A DNA stretch of 64,000 bases from Hellea sp. (GCA_029250925.1 JAQXEH010000018.1:1641-65640), one strand, 5' to 3'. Shown: positions 17,533 through 27,445, counted from the first letter of the stretch. The notes: generated from the letters alone by a model not told the origin. Translations and numbers: made by a program.

Positions 17533-19482
17533 ATGAAAAATGAGATACAATCAATGTCATTAAAAAAATTATCATTAAAAAGTTTCACATTACTTTTTTT
17601 ACTTATATGTTTTTTTTCTTACCCACTCACAAGCTACAGTCAGACAATTGAAAAAAAACCATACTCTCCTGCTTTAAACAATAAGCACCCAGACAAGGTT
17701 TTATGGGGTGATCTTCATTTACATTCAAATATTTCAATGGATGCGTTTAACTTAGGCAATGAGTCTTTAACACCAGGTGATGCATATAAATTTGCCCGAG
17801 GAGAAAGTATTGATAGCACTTCAGGGGGGCCTGCAAAACTAGCAAGACCATTAGACTTTCTGTCGGTAACAGACCATGCAGAATATCTCGGCGTAATGGC
17901 TGGCTTAACAGACCCGAAAGTATCAAATTGGAACGTATCTAATGGTTCAGAAAAGAGTTCCCTCAAAGAAGCATTGTTAAACTCTCAGGTGGGGTACAAA
18001 TGGAATGAATATATAAAAAACTCAGAGCAATCTAAGATTCTTGATGAATTTATTGCTGCAGTAAATAAATCTGGGGAAGCAGAGCTTATCCCCGAAAAGT
18101 TACAAAAGTCAGTTTGGGAAAAAATTGCAAGCATCGCAGACGAGTATAATGATCCAGGGAAATTTACAGCACTTATCGGATATGAGTGGACTACAATATA
18201 TAAAGGAAACAATCTTCATAGAGTTGTTTTATTTAAAGATGGTAAAGAAAAAGCATCTCAAATACGTCCATTTTCTGCGATAGATAGTCAAAATCCCGAA
18301 GATCTATGGAAGTCTCTGGAACAATATGAGTTAGTAACTGGAGGTGAAGTTTTAGCAATACCTCACAATGGAAACCTCAGTAATGGTGCTATGTTTGCAG
18401 AGATGGATTTAGACGGTAATCCCATTGATCTAAATTATGCAGAAATGCGGTCAAAGTGGGAACCTATCTACGAAGTAACTCAAGTTAAAGGGGATGGTGA
18501 AACACATCCAAAAATTTCTCCTAATGATGAATTTTCCGACTTTGAAACATGGGATACTGGAAATATTGCAATGTCTGAAGAAAAAGAAGATTACATGCTT
18601 AAGTATGAATATGCTAGATCAGCATTAAACATAGGCCTGAAAATTAAAAACAACATAGGAGTTAACCCTTTTAAATTTGGGATGATTGGAAGTACCGATT
18701 CTCATACGGCACTTGCAACTTCAGATAACGATAACTTTTTTGGGAAGTTTCCTGGGTCAGAACCAACAATTGCAAGGTTTACAAATCAAATGGCTTCAAA
18801 CCTGTGGCCGAATATAACAATCAGCTCCTCTGGCTATACAGCTGTTTGGGCCAAGGAAAATACACGTGAAGAAATATTCAACGCACTCAAAAGAAAAGAA
18901 GTGTATGCAAGCACAGGCCCTAGAATTGCACTAAGATTATTCGGCGGTTGGGATTTAGATAATGAGGATCTGCATGCCTCTAATTTTGCTGAAAGGTCCT
19001 ATGGAAAAGGAGTGCCCATGGGAGGCACTTTAATAAAATCAAAAATGAAAAATGATGCACCCACATTTCTCGTAAGAGCTATGCGGGATCCAATAGGAGC
19101 AAATCTTGATCGTGTTCAAATTATTAAGGGTTGGTTAGATGAAAACAACATGATGCATGAAAAAATATACAACGTATCTTTATCAGATAATCGTAAAGTT
19201 AGTAATAGCGATATCGTCGAACCTGTAGGGAATACTGTAAACTTAGAGGATGCAACATATTTAAATAATATTGGCTCCGCTGAACTAACAGCGGAATGGA
19301 AAGATCCAAATTTTAATAAACAAATTGATGCTTTCTACTATGTTAGAGTCCTTGAAATACCTACCCCTAGATGGTCTACATATGATGCCGTTAGGTTTGG
19401 AATCGATAGACCAGAGAGCGTCCCATCAACATTACAGGAAAGAGCGTATAGCTCACCGATATGGTACGATTCTACAAAATAA
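17533..19482 (+). CDS. Secreted DUF3604-family protein (PHP-like metal-dependent hydrolase fold, function unknown)
   Basis: Signal peptide, then LWGDLHLHSNISMDAF, IGYEWT, AIPHNGNLSNG, GSTDSHT and C-terminal ERAYSSPIWY. These strings are characteristic of DUF3604. Confidence 0.75.
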   Translation: MKNEIQSMSLKKLSLKSFTLLFLLICFFSYPLTSYSQTIEKKPYSPALNNKHPDKVLWGDLHLHSNISMDAFNLGNESLTPGDAYKFARGESIDSTSGGPAKLARPLDFLSVTDHAEYLGVMAGLTDPKVSNWNVSNGSEKSSLKEALLNSQVGYKWNEYIKNSEQSKILDEFIAAVNKSGEAELIPEKLQKSVWEKIASIADEYNDPGKFTALIGYEWTTIYKGNNLHRVVLFKDGKEKASQIRPFSAIDSQNPEDLWKSLEQYELVTGGEVLAIPHNGNLSNGAMFAEMDLDGNPIDLNYAEMRSKWEPIYEVTQVKGDGETHPKISPNDEFSDFETWDTGNIAMSEEKEDYMLKYEYARSALNIGLKIKNNIGVNPFKFGMIGSTDSHTALATSDNDNFFGKFPGSEPTIARFTNQMASNLWPNITISSSGYTAVWAKENTREEIFNALKRKEVYASTGPRIALRLFGGWDLDNEDLHASNFAERSYGKGVPMGGTLIKSKMKNDAPTFLVRAMRDPIGANLDRVQIIKGWLDENNMMHEKIYNVSLSDNRKVSNSDIVEPVGNTVNLEDATYLNNIGSAELTAEWKDPNFNKQIDAFYYVRVLEIPTPRWSTYDAVRFGIDRPESVPSTLQERAYSSPIWYDSTK

Positions 19483-19542
19483 CTGAGATTTTTATGATTA
19501 AAAAAATTTTACAGGTGCGGAAAGTAAATTTAGGAGAAGCTA

Positions 19543-20079
19543 ATGAATAGTATGAGTGATCGAGAAGCAATACATGACATATTATGTCTATACACACATG
19601 CCATAGATCGCAGGCGTTGGGATATAATGTCAAAATTATTTCACCCCGATGCCGTTTTTCTCTTTGGAGAAGTATCTGGTGATTGGCAAGGTTTTGTCGA
19701 GCAAGCAAAGGCTATAATAGACCCAATGCCATCAACACATCATCAATTAGGAAACACAATTTATCACTTTGATGGGAATTCAGCAATTACGGAAACATAT
19801 TGCACAGCCACACATATTATTCCTGCTGACTATCCTGATGGATTCCCTATGAAACCAACAGGAAAAAGGTATTTATGTACAGTTGGGCTGCGCTATATCG
19901 ACAAATTTGAAAAAAGAGGTCATGAGTGGAGGATAGCAAGTCGCAATGGAGTTTTTGATTGGAGAAACGATGAGGACTTCAATGATGGCGGTGTTTTAGA
20001 TGGCCCGCCTGAAATGCTTGGAAAGCATGATGACTCAGATCCTTCTACAATCATAACAAAAAAATGGAGAACCAATTAA
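19543..20079 (+). CDS. NTF2-like protein (SnoaL_4 / ring-hydroxylating dioxygenase beta-subunit-like fold)
   Basis: REAIHDILCLYTHAIDRRRWDIMSKLFHPDAVF is the typical N-terminal helix pattern of SnoaL_4 proteins. 178 aa. Confidence 0.65.
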   Translation: MNSMSDREAIHDILCLYTHAIDRRRWDIMSKLFHPDAVFLFGEVSGDWQGFVEQAKAIIDPMPSTHHQLGNTIYHFDGNSAITETYCTATHIIPADYPDGFPMKPTGKRYLCTVGLRYIDKFEKRGHEWRIASRNGVFDWRNDEDFNDGGVLDGPPEMLGKHDDSDPSTIITKKWRTN

Positions 20080-22286
20080 TTCAATTTCGAGAGTTTAACG
20101 GGTATTGCACTCATAATCGGGATTCCAGTTATTGGGTCAAAATTCTTATCATTAAAAGATAATCGGCCAGTATTACCACCTGAATTAATTGGATCATCTT
20201 CTTCATCAGGGTTTGTTCCCCATCCGTGAGGAACTGCTAAACAACCTACTTTTACATCTGCCGCAGAATAACTCTTGCATTTTATAGAAGAACGTTCAGA
20301 TATTATTTCAACTAAGTCACCATCATTAATACCTAACTTCAGCATATCACTTGGATTTATATATGCTGGATGATGAGGCAACCTTTTCTTAAGGCTTGAT
20401 GATTCATGCCATGCAGAATTTAAAGCATCTTTTAAACGCCTTGAAATCAGTCGAAAAGGAAATGCGTCAGCAATAGGACTACCTTCAAATGTTAAAGCTA
20501 TTTCCTTAAGTTTTGAAATCATAATTGGATGACCAATATTTAAATATCCTGGCCAATCATCAGGCCTTTTCTGTATTGTGTCAGGCTCACGGTCAAATCT
20601 TTTACCCTTAAAAGAATTTAAGTCTTTTCGTGCCTCCGTATAAGAAACTGGTGAGCCTTTTAATATAGCTTCCCAAACAGATATTGGGTCTGGAAAAGGT
20701 TCATCCGTTTTAATAATTGTTTGATTTTGAGAGGCTTCATTCGGATCAACAAAAGCCATTGAATTTATTGTTAAATTTAAACCTAGCTCTTTTGCCATTT
20801 CATAAAAAAACTCTTGTTCTTCGCAAAGATTTGAACCCTCAGGCACATCTAATATAGGATCGCAAATCTGCCCATAAGTATCTTCGTAGCCCCAACCATT
20901 TCCAAAGTTACCAAGTAATTCATTCGGAGCAGAAGTAGAGTATCTCTCATAGTGTATCTTCGGAGCAATTATATAGTCTGATAAAATTCCTGTCTTTGTT
21001 TTTCGCGGGTCAAAACAAGCAAGAAGTTCAAGTTTTTTCATTGCTTTAAATGTTTTTATCTGATCTGGCCATGCTAACATAGGATTTCCACCAAGTACTA
21101 AAAGAGCTTTTACTTGCCCTTTTCCTGGGGTTAATATTTCATCCGCCAGAGCTCCAGTTGGTAAACCAGCAGTAGATTCTTCTAGGTCCCTTACCCTAAG
21201 TTTTTTACCAAACCCAGTGGCGGGAGTAGATCCAGATCCTGCCGCAATAGGAGGAAAACCATTTACAAATACACCTACATTTTCTTTTAATTCACCTTCT
21301 CGTCTCCAATGCCCCATAAGCGACATAATTACCTTACCAAGGTATTCAGATAGATTTCCTGCGCCTGACATATTTGGACCGGTGCCAAGGCTTATATCAG
21401 CCTTTTTAAAAGAACCATAAAGTCTAGCAGCTTCGACAAGTTCCTCTTCAGTAACTCCAGCAAATTCGGCTACCTTTTTAGGCGTAAAAGGCTGAACCGC
21501 TTTAACAAGATCAGAAAAACCTTTGGTCTCTTTTTTTATAAAGTCTTTATCATGATAATCTTCCTGGATTATTGTTCTGATAATACAGGCCAATATTTCT
21601 CCATCGTAGCCAGGGTTGCACTGCAAATGAAGATCAGCCTGTTTTGCCGTTTCAGTAACACGAGGATCAATGACAATTAATTTCATACCTCTTTTTTTAG
21701 CTTCATGTAAATTTTTTGCTGGATTTGCCCCAACTCCGCCAAGCATTGAAACAAGAGGGTTAGAACCCATGACTAAGAGGCCATCCCATTCTTTATGTCG
21801 ATAGCCACCAGCCAACCATATACCATGAAAGGCTGCTGTTATTGCTTTTCCTGGCTGGTCTATGGTAACACTTGTGAAGATCATCTGGCTTTTTATGGCT
21901 TTCATAAAGGCCAAAGCAAACGCATGAGAAGGAAAAGTGTTATATCCAAATGTTCCTATATATAATGCTACACTATCTGGACCATGTTCGCTTATAATCA
22001 ACTCAATTTTTTTTGCCATTTCCTTAGCAGCAGTTTTCCACTCATAATCAACATATTCGCCTGAAGATTTTTTAAGTGAGTGCTTCAAGCGAGAAGGATA
22101 ACTATGGTAATTTTGTAAATCTCTGCCTTTAGAGCAAGAAAATCCTGCATATGCTGGATTATCTTTATTGCCGTGGGTGGCGACAGGTTTACCATCTTTA
22201 AAATCAACGATTAATCCACACTGCGCATGACAAGCCCTGCAAATTACATGTTTTTGCTCTAAAGACAAAATCTTATACCTTCTCAA
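20076..22286 (-). CDS. Molybdopterin (bis-MGD) oxidoreductase family protein, cytoplasmic, with N-terminal 4Fe-4S domain
   Basis: C-x2-C-x3-C-x26-C (CRACHAQC...FSC) at residues 17-51. ~700-aa molybdopterin and C-terminal dinucleotide-binding regions. No h-region or Tat signal. Confidence 0.8.
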   Translation of the reverse strand: MRRYKILSLEQKHVICRACHAQCGLIVDFKDGKPVATHGNKDNPAYAGFSCSKGRDLQNYHSYPSRLKHSLKKSSGEYVDYEWKTAAKEMAKKIELIISEHGPDSVALYIGTFGYNTFPSHAFALAFMKAIKSQMIFTSVTIDQPGKAITAAFHGIWLAGGYRHKEWDGLLVMGSNPLVSMLGGVGANPAKNLHEAKKRGMKLIVIDPRVTETAKQADLHLQCNPGYDGEILACIIRTIIQEDYHDKDFIKKETKGFSDLVKAVQPFTPKKVAEFAGVTEEELVEAARLYGSFKKADISLGTGPNMSGAGNLSEYLGKVIMSLMGHWRREGELKENVGVFVNGFPPIAAGSGSTPATGFGKKLRVRDLEESTAGLPTGALADEILTPGKGQVKALLVLGGNPMLAWPDQIKTFKAMKKLELLACFDPRKTKTGILSDYIIAPKIHYERYSTSAPNELLGNFGNGWGYEDTYGQICDPILDVPEGSNLCEEQEFFYEMAKELGLNLTINSMAFVDPNEASQNQTIIKTDEPFPDPISVWEAILKGSPVSYTEARKDLNSFKGKRFDREPDTIQKRPDDWPGYLNIGHPIMISKLKEIALTFEGSPIADAFPFRLISRRLKDALNSAWHESSSLKKRLPHHPAYINPSDMLKLGINDGDLVEIISERSSIKCKSYSAADVKVGCLAVPHGWGTNPDEEDDPINSGGNTGRLSFNDKNFDPITGIPIMSAIPVKLSKLN

Positions 22287-22309
22287 TTTTATTTATTAGC
22301 TCATTATAT

Positions 22310-23461
22310 TTAAGAGCTAAGTTGCTTTTTTTTGATTTTTTTTGCTAAGGACCACTTATGAACTTCAGTAGGTCCATCATAAATTCTAAAAGCTCTTATC
22401 TCTCTAAAGAACTGCTCTACAATTGTATCGCCGCTAACACCCATTCCGCCCATTACTTGAACGCATCTATCAGCAACTCTAAATAAAGCCTCAGAAACAG
22501 CGACTTTTGCCATTGAACTCTCAACATTTCCATGTTCTCCGCGATCTAATGCATCAGCGCACCAGTCAATTATTAGTTCACTTTGAGTTAAGTCTATCTT
22601 GTTCTCTGCCAACATGAAGCCTACTCCCTCATGGTCTACCAAAAGTTTGCCAAATGCTTCACGCTTGCATGCATACTCTATAGCAATCTCTTGTGCTCTA
22701 TGACCTAAACCTGTCCATCTCATACAATGAGATAACCTAGCAGGAGCAAGTCTTATTTGAGCGAGACGAAAACCTTCACCAGGTTCTCCAAGCATATTAT
22801 CAGAAGATACCCTAAGGTCCTTAATAAGAACTTCCGAATGCCCACCAGGCATTGAACTATCAATTGTATCTAATACTCTTTCTATTCGAACAGATGAGTT
22901 TGGTAAATCAACAAGAAACAAGCACGCTCCCTCATTAGAATTAGCCATAATGATTCCAACTTTTGCTCCATTAGCTCCTGTAATAAAAGTTTTCCGACCA
23001 TTTATAACCCAATGATTACCATCAAGAACGGCAGTGGTTTTCATCATTGACGGATCAGATCCTGCTCCACTTATTTTTGATGGTTCAGTCATGAAAAAAG
23101 CTGACCGAGCAATTCCTTTTTTTAATGGGTCTAAGAAATGTTTCTTCTGTTGCGCACTAGCTGCCTTACCCAAGAGAAACATGTTTCCTTCATCAGGAGC
23201 AAATGTATTACAAGCAACTGAACCCAAGGGTGACAAGCCCGTAATTTTTAATAATGAAGCGGTGTCTCTTTGTGAGCGGTGGTCACCATTTTTTAATATA
23301 TGCGGAGTCATAAAACCAGCAAGACGAGCTTTATCCCTTAATTCGTTGACCAGGTCTTCATCAGGACCATGGCCACCATTTCTGGGGTCCTTCTCATAAG
23401 GAACCACTTCATTTCTTATGAAGAATTCAATATCATTTAATAATTGGGAAAAATCAGACAT
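22310..23461 (-). CDS. Acyl-CoA dehydrogenase, FadE2/ACAD10-ACAD11-like
   Basis: ACAD three-domain length. C-terminal ...FRIYDGPTEVHKWSLAK resembles the DGP(D)EVH signature of the FadE2/ACAD10/11 branch (recognised from memory, not searched). Confidence 0.75.
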   Translation of the reverse strand: MSDFSQLLNDIEFFIRNEVVPYEKDPRNGGHGPDEDLVNELRDKARLAGFMTPHILKNGDHRSQRDTASLLKITGLSPLGSVACNTFAPDEGNMFLLGKAASAQQKKHFLDPLKKGIARSAFFMTEPSKISGAGSDPSMMKTTAVLDGNHWVINGRKTFITGANGAKVGIIMANSNEGACLFLVDLPNSSVRIERVLDTIDSSMPGGHSEVLIKDLRVSSDNMLGEPGEGFRLAQIRLAPARLSHCMRWTGLGHRAQEIAIEYACKREAFGKLLVDHEGVGFMLAENKIDLTQSELIIDWCADALDRGEHGNVESSMAKVAVSEALFRVADRCVQVMGGMGVSGDTIVEQFFREIRAFRIYDGPTEVHKWSLAKKIKKKQLSS

Positions 23462-24562
23462 CTAAAATCCATTACTTGTTGCAACATTGTCTACATGATA
23501 ATTTGTATTACCAAACATTTTTTCGGATATCGAAACACGTTTTAAGTATAACCCGACATCATATTCATCTGTCATTCCTATACCACCATGGAGCTGTATC
23601 GAATCATTAGTCACCAATCTAGAGACTTGCCCTGACTTTGCTTTTGCCATTGAACAGAACTTTTGAGCGTCAGCATGATTTTCCTCTAATAAAATCGCTG
23701 CTTTAAAGTTTAGCGCTTCCGAGGTTTTAAGTTCAGTGTATAATTTGGCCATCCTGTGATGAAGTGATTGAAATGTTCCAATTATTTTTCCAAATTGCTC
23801 TCTCTGCTTTAAATATTCTAGCGTTAAATCAAAAGCTGCTGCTGCACTTCCATATTGTTCAGAGGCATATATTAAAGACCCAAATGCATTTATTTTAGCA
23901 TTTGCATCAAATGACATTGGAGAAAGTCCAATAATGTTTTCTTCTAATATTTCATGATTAGAAAAACTTAACTTAGAAAATTTACGCCCATCGATTGTAG
24001 TAGAGATTTTTTGTTCGATACTTTTACTGTTTGTGTCGACAATAATTAAGTAAACTTCATCCGAGCCTTCCTTTTGCACCTTAACAAGAACGTTATCAGC
24101 ATTCTCGGAATTAACCACATCAGGTGCTATACCAGATATAATTAACTTAGAGTTTTCCTGTATTAATGTTGGAAAATTATTATTACTAAAGCTACCAAAG
24201 GAGGATGTCAAAATGGTTTTTCCAGAAGCAATTGAACTTAGCCAATAATTTTTTTGATTATGTGTCCCTAACAGATTGATGGTAAAACTTGATAATAACG
24301 CCGAGGAAATAATCGGCGATAACAACAATGATCGTCCAATATTTTCTGCCATTAAACAAGCTGATACTAAGCCTAAATTAGACCCCCCAAACTCCTCATC
24401 TATCAGTAATCCAGTCCACCCCATTTCAGATAAACTTTTCCATGTGTCTGCTTGCATACTAACACCCGATGAAAGCATTTCACGTAAACTTTTTATTGTT
24501 TTGAGTTGCGATAAAAACCCACTCATTGATTCACGCAACATTATGTGATCTTCAGTCAACAT
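23462..24562 (-). CDS. Acyl-CoA dehydrogenase family protein
   Basis: ACAD fold strings (..LHGGIGMTDEYDVGLYLKR..). Its stop directly abuts the next ACAD start (23462/23461). Confidence 0.8.
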   Translation of the reverse strand: MLTEDHIMLRESMSGFLSQLKTIKSLREMLSSGVSMQADTWKSLSEMGWTGLLIDEEFGGSNLGLVSACLMAENIGRSLLLSPIISSALLSSFTINLLGTHNQKNYWLSSIASGKTILTSSFGSFSNNNFPTLIQENSKLIISGIAPDVVNSENADNVLVKVQKEGSDEVYLIIVDTNSKSIEQKISTTIDGRKFSKLSFSNHEILEENIIGLSPMSFDANAKINAFGSLIYASEQYGSAAAAFDLTLEYLKQREQFGKIIGTFQSLHHRMAKLYTELKTSEALNFKAAILLEENHADAQKFCSMAKAKSGQVSRLVTNDSIQLHGGIGMTDEYDVGLYLKRVSISEKMFGNTNYHVDNVATSNGF

Positions 24563-24564
24563 AT

Positions 24565-25797
24565 TTATTTACTCGGTAAGTTTAAAAGTCGTTTGGCAAT
24601 GATATTTAATTGAATTTCTGATGTGCCACCTAAGATAGTATAGGCCCTTGAATATAGCCAATTTGAAGCCATCGTTCCTGGCTGTCCATCTTCACCAAGC
24701 TTTAAGTCTTCTAAATCAGATACTGCGACTCTAAGCTCATATCCACGTTTAATAATTTGAGTAGAGGCATACTTTACAATTGAGGATTGCGAACCAATTT
24801 CTATTCCTGAATTTGATTGTGAGTCTAGTAATTCTGCAAGTGCCGTGCATGCTGCATCATCTATTAATGCGGTTGATAGGTTCACCCTTGCAACAGGATC
24901 ATTTAATTTATTACTCCCATTTAATCCTAGTTGATTAATCGTAGTTTCAATTATTGGCAACTCGTACCCTCGACCATTTAGTGTGTATCCGCCTAAGCTT
25001 CCCCTCTCATGAGTAAGTAAATACATACCCACTTCCCAACCTTGACCAAGACTTCCTACCATCGAGGGATTATCAGGACCGTAATATTTTGGAACTTTTA
25101 CCTCGTCAAAGAACACCTCACAAAAGACTGATTTACCAGAGATAAGTTCAATTGGCCTTACTGTAATGGCTTCATCAGCCAAATCCATGAGTATGAATGA
25201 GATTCCCTCATGCTTTTTTACTTCAGTATTTGTTCTAACCATAGCAAATATCCAATCACTTTCATCAGCATTGGATGTCCATACTTTTTGTCCGCTTACT
25301 AACCAGTCATTTCCTGCGTCAATACATTTTGTTTTTAATGCAGCCAAATCAGAGCCAGCATTTGGCTCAGAGTAGCCCTGACACCATCTAATTTCACCAC
25401 GTGCAATAGGAGGCAGATGTTTCAATTTTTGCTGTTGAGTTCCATACTTTAAAAGAGCAGGCCCAAGCATAGAAATACCATAACTATAGAGAGGCGCCCG
25501 TATACCGAGAGAACTCATTTCTTCTTTCAGAATATCAGCATTTAAAGCCGACATACCAGCGCCACCAAATTCTTTCGGCCATGTGGGTACCGTCCAACCC
25601 TTTTCAATGCATTTATTTAACCATTGTTTTTGGGATTTAGATTCAAATTGCCACTTTTTTCCTCCCCAACAACGTCCTTCTGAACCAGTTTTTCCATCAC
25701 GCATTTCTTGGGGGCAATTCTCAACAAGCCACTCTCTACATTTAAGCCTAAAGGCTTGTGATGACTTTTCGCTTGGTTTGAACAATATAGCTTCCAT
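24565..25797 (-). CDS. Acyl-CoA dehydrogenase family protein (long N-terminal type)
   Basis: WPKEFGGAG, CQGYSEPNAGSDLA, ILGGTSEIQLNIIAKR. 2-nt spacer to the next ACAD. Confidence 0.85.
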   Translation of the reverse strand: MEAILFKPSEKSSQAFRLKCREWLVENCPQEMRDGKTGSEGRCWGGKKWQFESKSQKQWLNKCIEKGWTVPTWPKEFGGAGMSALNADILKEEMSSLGIRAPLYSYGISMLGPALLKYGTQQQKLKHLPPIARGEIRWCQGYSEPNAGSDLAALKTKCIDAGNDWLVSGQKVWTSNADESDWIFAMVRTNTEVKKHEGISFILMDLADEAITVRPIELISGKSVFCEVFFDEVKVPKYYGPDNPSMVGSLGQGWEVGMYLLTHERGSLGGYTLNGRGYELPIIETTINQLGLNGSNKLNDPVARVNLSTALIDDAACTALAELLDSQSNSGIEIGSQSSIVKYASTQIIKRGYELRVAVSDLEDLKLGEDGQPGTMASNWLYSRAYTILGGTSEIQLNIIAKRLLNLPSK

Positions 25798-25906
25798 TTC
25801 TATATCATGAACAACTTTATGTTAAATAAATAGCTAACATTCCTATCAGGATAAACATTGAAAAAGCCTAGTAATTAACCTCACTAAATAAAAAAATGTA
25901 TAAATA

Positions 25907-26350
25907 TCAGTTTCGACCAGCTGCTTCGAAACCTCCACCAATTATATATGCCTCATGCTGAAGTCTTTGCTCCATTAAGGACCATACTTCTGATGCAAGC
26001 TCCTCACCTAAAGCACTCCCTAGGTCACCCATCAAAGATAAGATATTACTTGCAGACTGATATTTTTTTTCATCGCTTTCATTAGAATTGAAATCTTTCA
26101 GCGCTTTTGAAATTTTATCAGAAGAGTGGTCATTTGAAACAAATTTTTTAGCTACAGAAAGAATAGATGTTACTTCCTTTTTCATCCATTCTTTTTCATT
26201 TTCGCTCCGTACCGCGCAGCTAGAGAGAACACCAATAATAGTATCAATTTGCGCATTTTTAACAGGGTCATTCAAACCTTGTTTGAGAGAAGTTCCCATT
26301 TCATGCGTTACTCCTCTTAAAATTTCAGATATAGAAGGTGAAATCAACAT
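25907..26350 (-). CDS. Hypothetical 147-aa protein translationally coupled to the phosphotransferase (candidate LvaB-like partner)
   Basis: The ATG shares a nucleotide with the kinase stop (26350). No signal peptide or TM segment, and no motif I recognise. Confidence 0.5.
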   Translation of the reverse strand: MLISPSISEILRGVTHEMGTSLKQGLNDPVKNAQIDTIIGVLSSCAVRSENEKEWMKKEVTSILSVAKKFVSNDHSSDKISKALKDFNSNESDEKKYQSASNILSLMGDLGSALGEELASEVWSLMEQRLQHEAYIIGGGFEAAGRN

Positions 26351-27387
26351 TACCGACTCCTTTTCATTTCTTCGACTATTTTAACAGCATTCATCCACAT
26401 TGTGTGCTGATAGCTTGTAATAGACAGATAGTACGCAGCTAAAACTGATTGCGCCTGCTTAGAGTCTTTTGCTAATGCATCGCTAGACTTCATCATCCCT
26501 CGGTGTGTACGAATTGATGAAATAATCAAAAAATAAGCAGATGTTTCTGGGTTTATTATTTCTTTTGAAAGACCTGAGAAAGCACGATACTCATCATAAA
26601 ACCCTTTAGGGTCAGCTGCAAGAATGTCGGGGGGAATTGTATTGCAAACCATGGTTAACCAGCCTAAATCTTCTCGTGGATCGCCAATATGAGCCAGCTC
26701 CCAATCAACCAGCAATGCATCTTTTTCGCTGTTAAGGGAAAGCATATTGCTTACCTGAAAGTCTCCATGAACTAGGCTCAGAGGTGCAGCAGGCGGGCGG
26801 TTCTCATCAAGCCATTTTGCCATGTAACGTAAAAATGGACGAGATTTAGAGGACTCACTTTCTGTTTTCTTAAATAATTCAATTTGAGAAGTTAAATAAT
26901 CCTCCCAGTTTGTAGGCGTATGCATACTTTTGGGCAATTTTTTTATATCCTGACCGTGAACCGAAGCAGCTGAGCGGGCTACTATACGATTTAAAGACCC
27001 TAGTTTATTATCTTGCGTATCTCGACAAACATCTACAAATGGCCTCCCTGGTTCGGCTTTATAAATAAATGCCGCATTATCAAAAAAGTTACCCTTAACA
27101 TCAGATGCAATAAGTTTTGGAGAGTTCACGCCCTCATTTTCAGATAAGTGAACTAAAATATCATTTTCAACCATGCGATCAATACGAACTATTCCAGTAG
27201 CGCCTAACGGGACATACTGCAAAACAATGTCTTCATCTCCGTTCTTAGTTCTTATTGAATATCTAAAGGTAAGGCGACTATAGCCTCCAGAAATTGGAGA
27301 GATCTCCAACACTTTTGCCCCAACATAAATTTCACTAGCGGCAGCAAGACAAGCAATAGTTGCTTCTGGCAGTGCACTAATATCCAT
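26350..27387 (-). CDS. Phosphotransferase (APH/choline-kinase fold) family protein
   Basis: Brenner-type catalytic loop HGDFQVSNML and metal-binding VDWELAHIGDPREDLGW. Confidence 0.85.
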   Translation of the reverse strand: MDISALPEATIACLAAASEIYVGAKVLEISPISGGYSRLTFRYSIRTKNGDEDIVLQYVPLGATGIVRIDRMVENDILVHLSENEGVNSPKLIASDVKGNFFDNAAFIYKAEPGRPFVDVCRDTQDNKLGSLNRIVARSAASVHGQDIKKLPKSMHTPTNWEDYLTSQIELFKKTESESSKSRPFLRYMAKWLDENRPPAAPLSLVHGDFQVSNMLSLNSEKDALLVDWELAHIGDPREDLGWLTMVCNTIPPDILAADPKGFYDEYRAFSGLSKEIINPETSAYFLIISSIRTHRGMMKSSDALAKDSKQAQSVLAAYYLSITSYQHTMWMNAVKIVEEMKRSR

Positions 27388-27445
27388 AATAGTCCTCCTT
27401 AAATATTATTTCTAGTTTACGGTTAAAAGTATTTTAAGTCTGCAA

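Noticed and set aside
22230-22286. Possible twin-arginine (Tat) signal in the molybdoenzyme (MRRYKILSL).
   Set aside because: There is no hydrophobic h-region or cleavage site. The first Fe-S cysteine is already at residue 17, so the protein is cytoplasmic.
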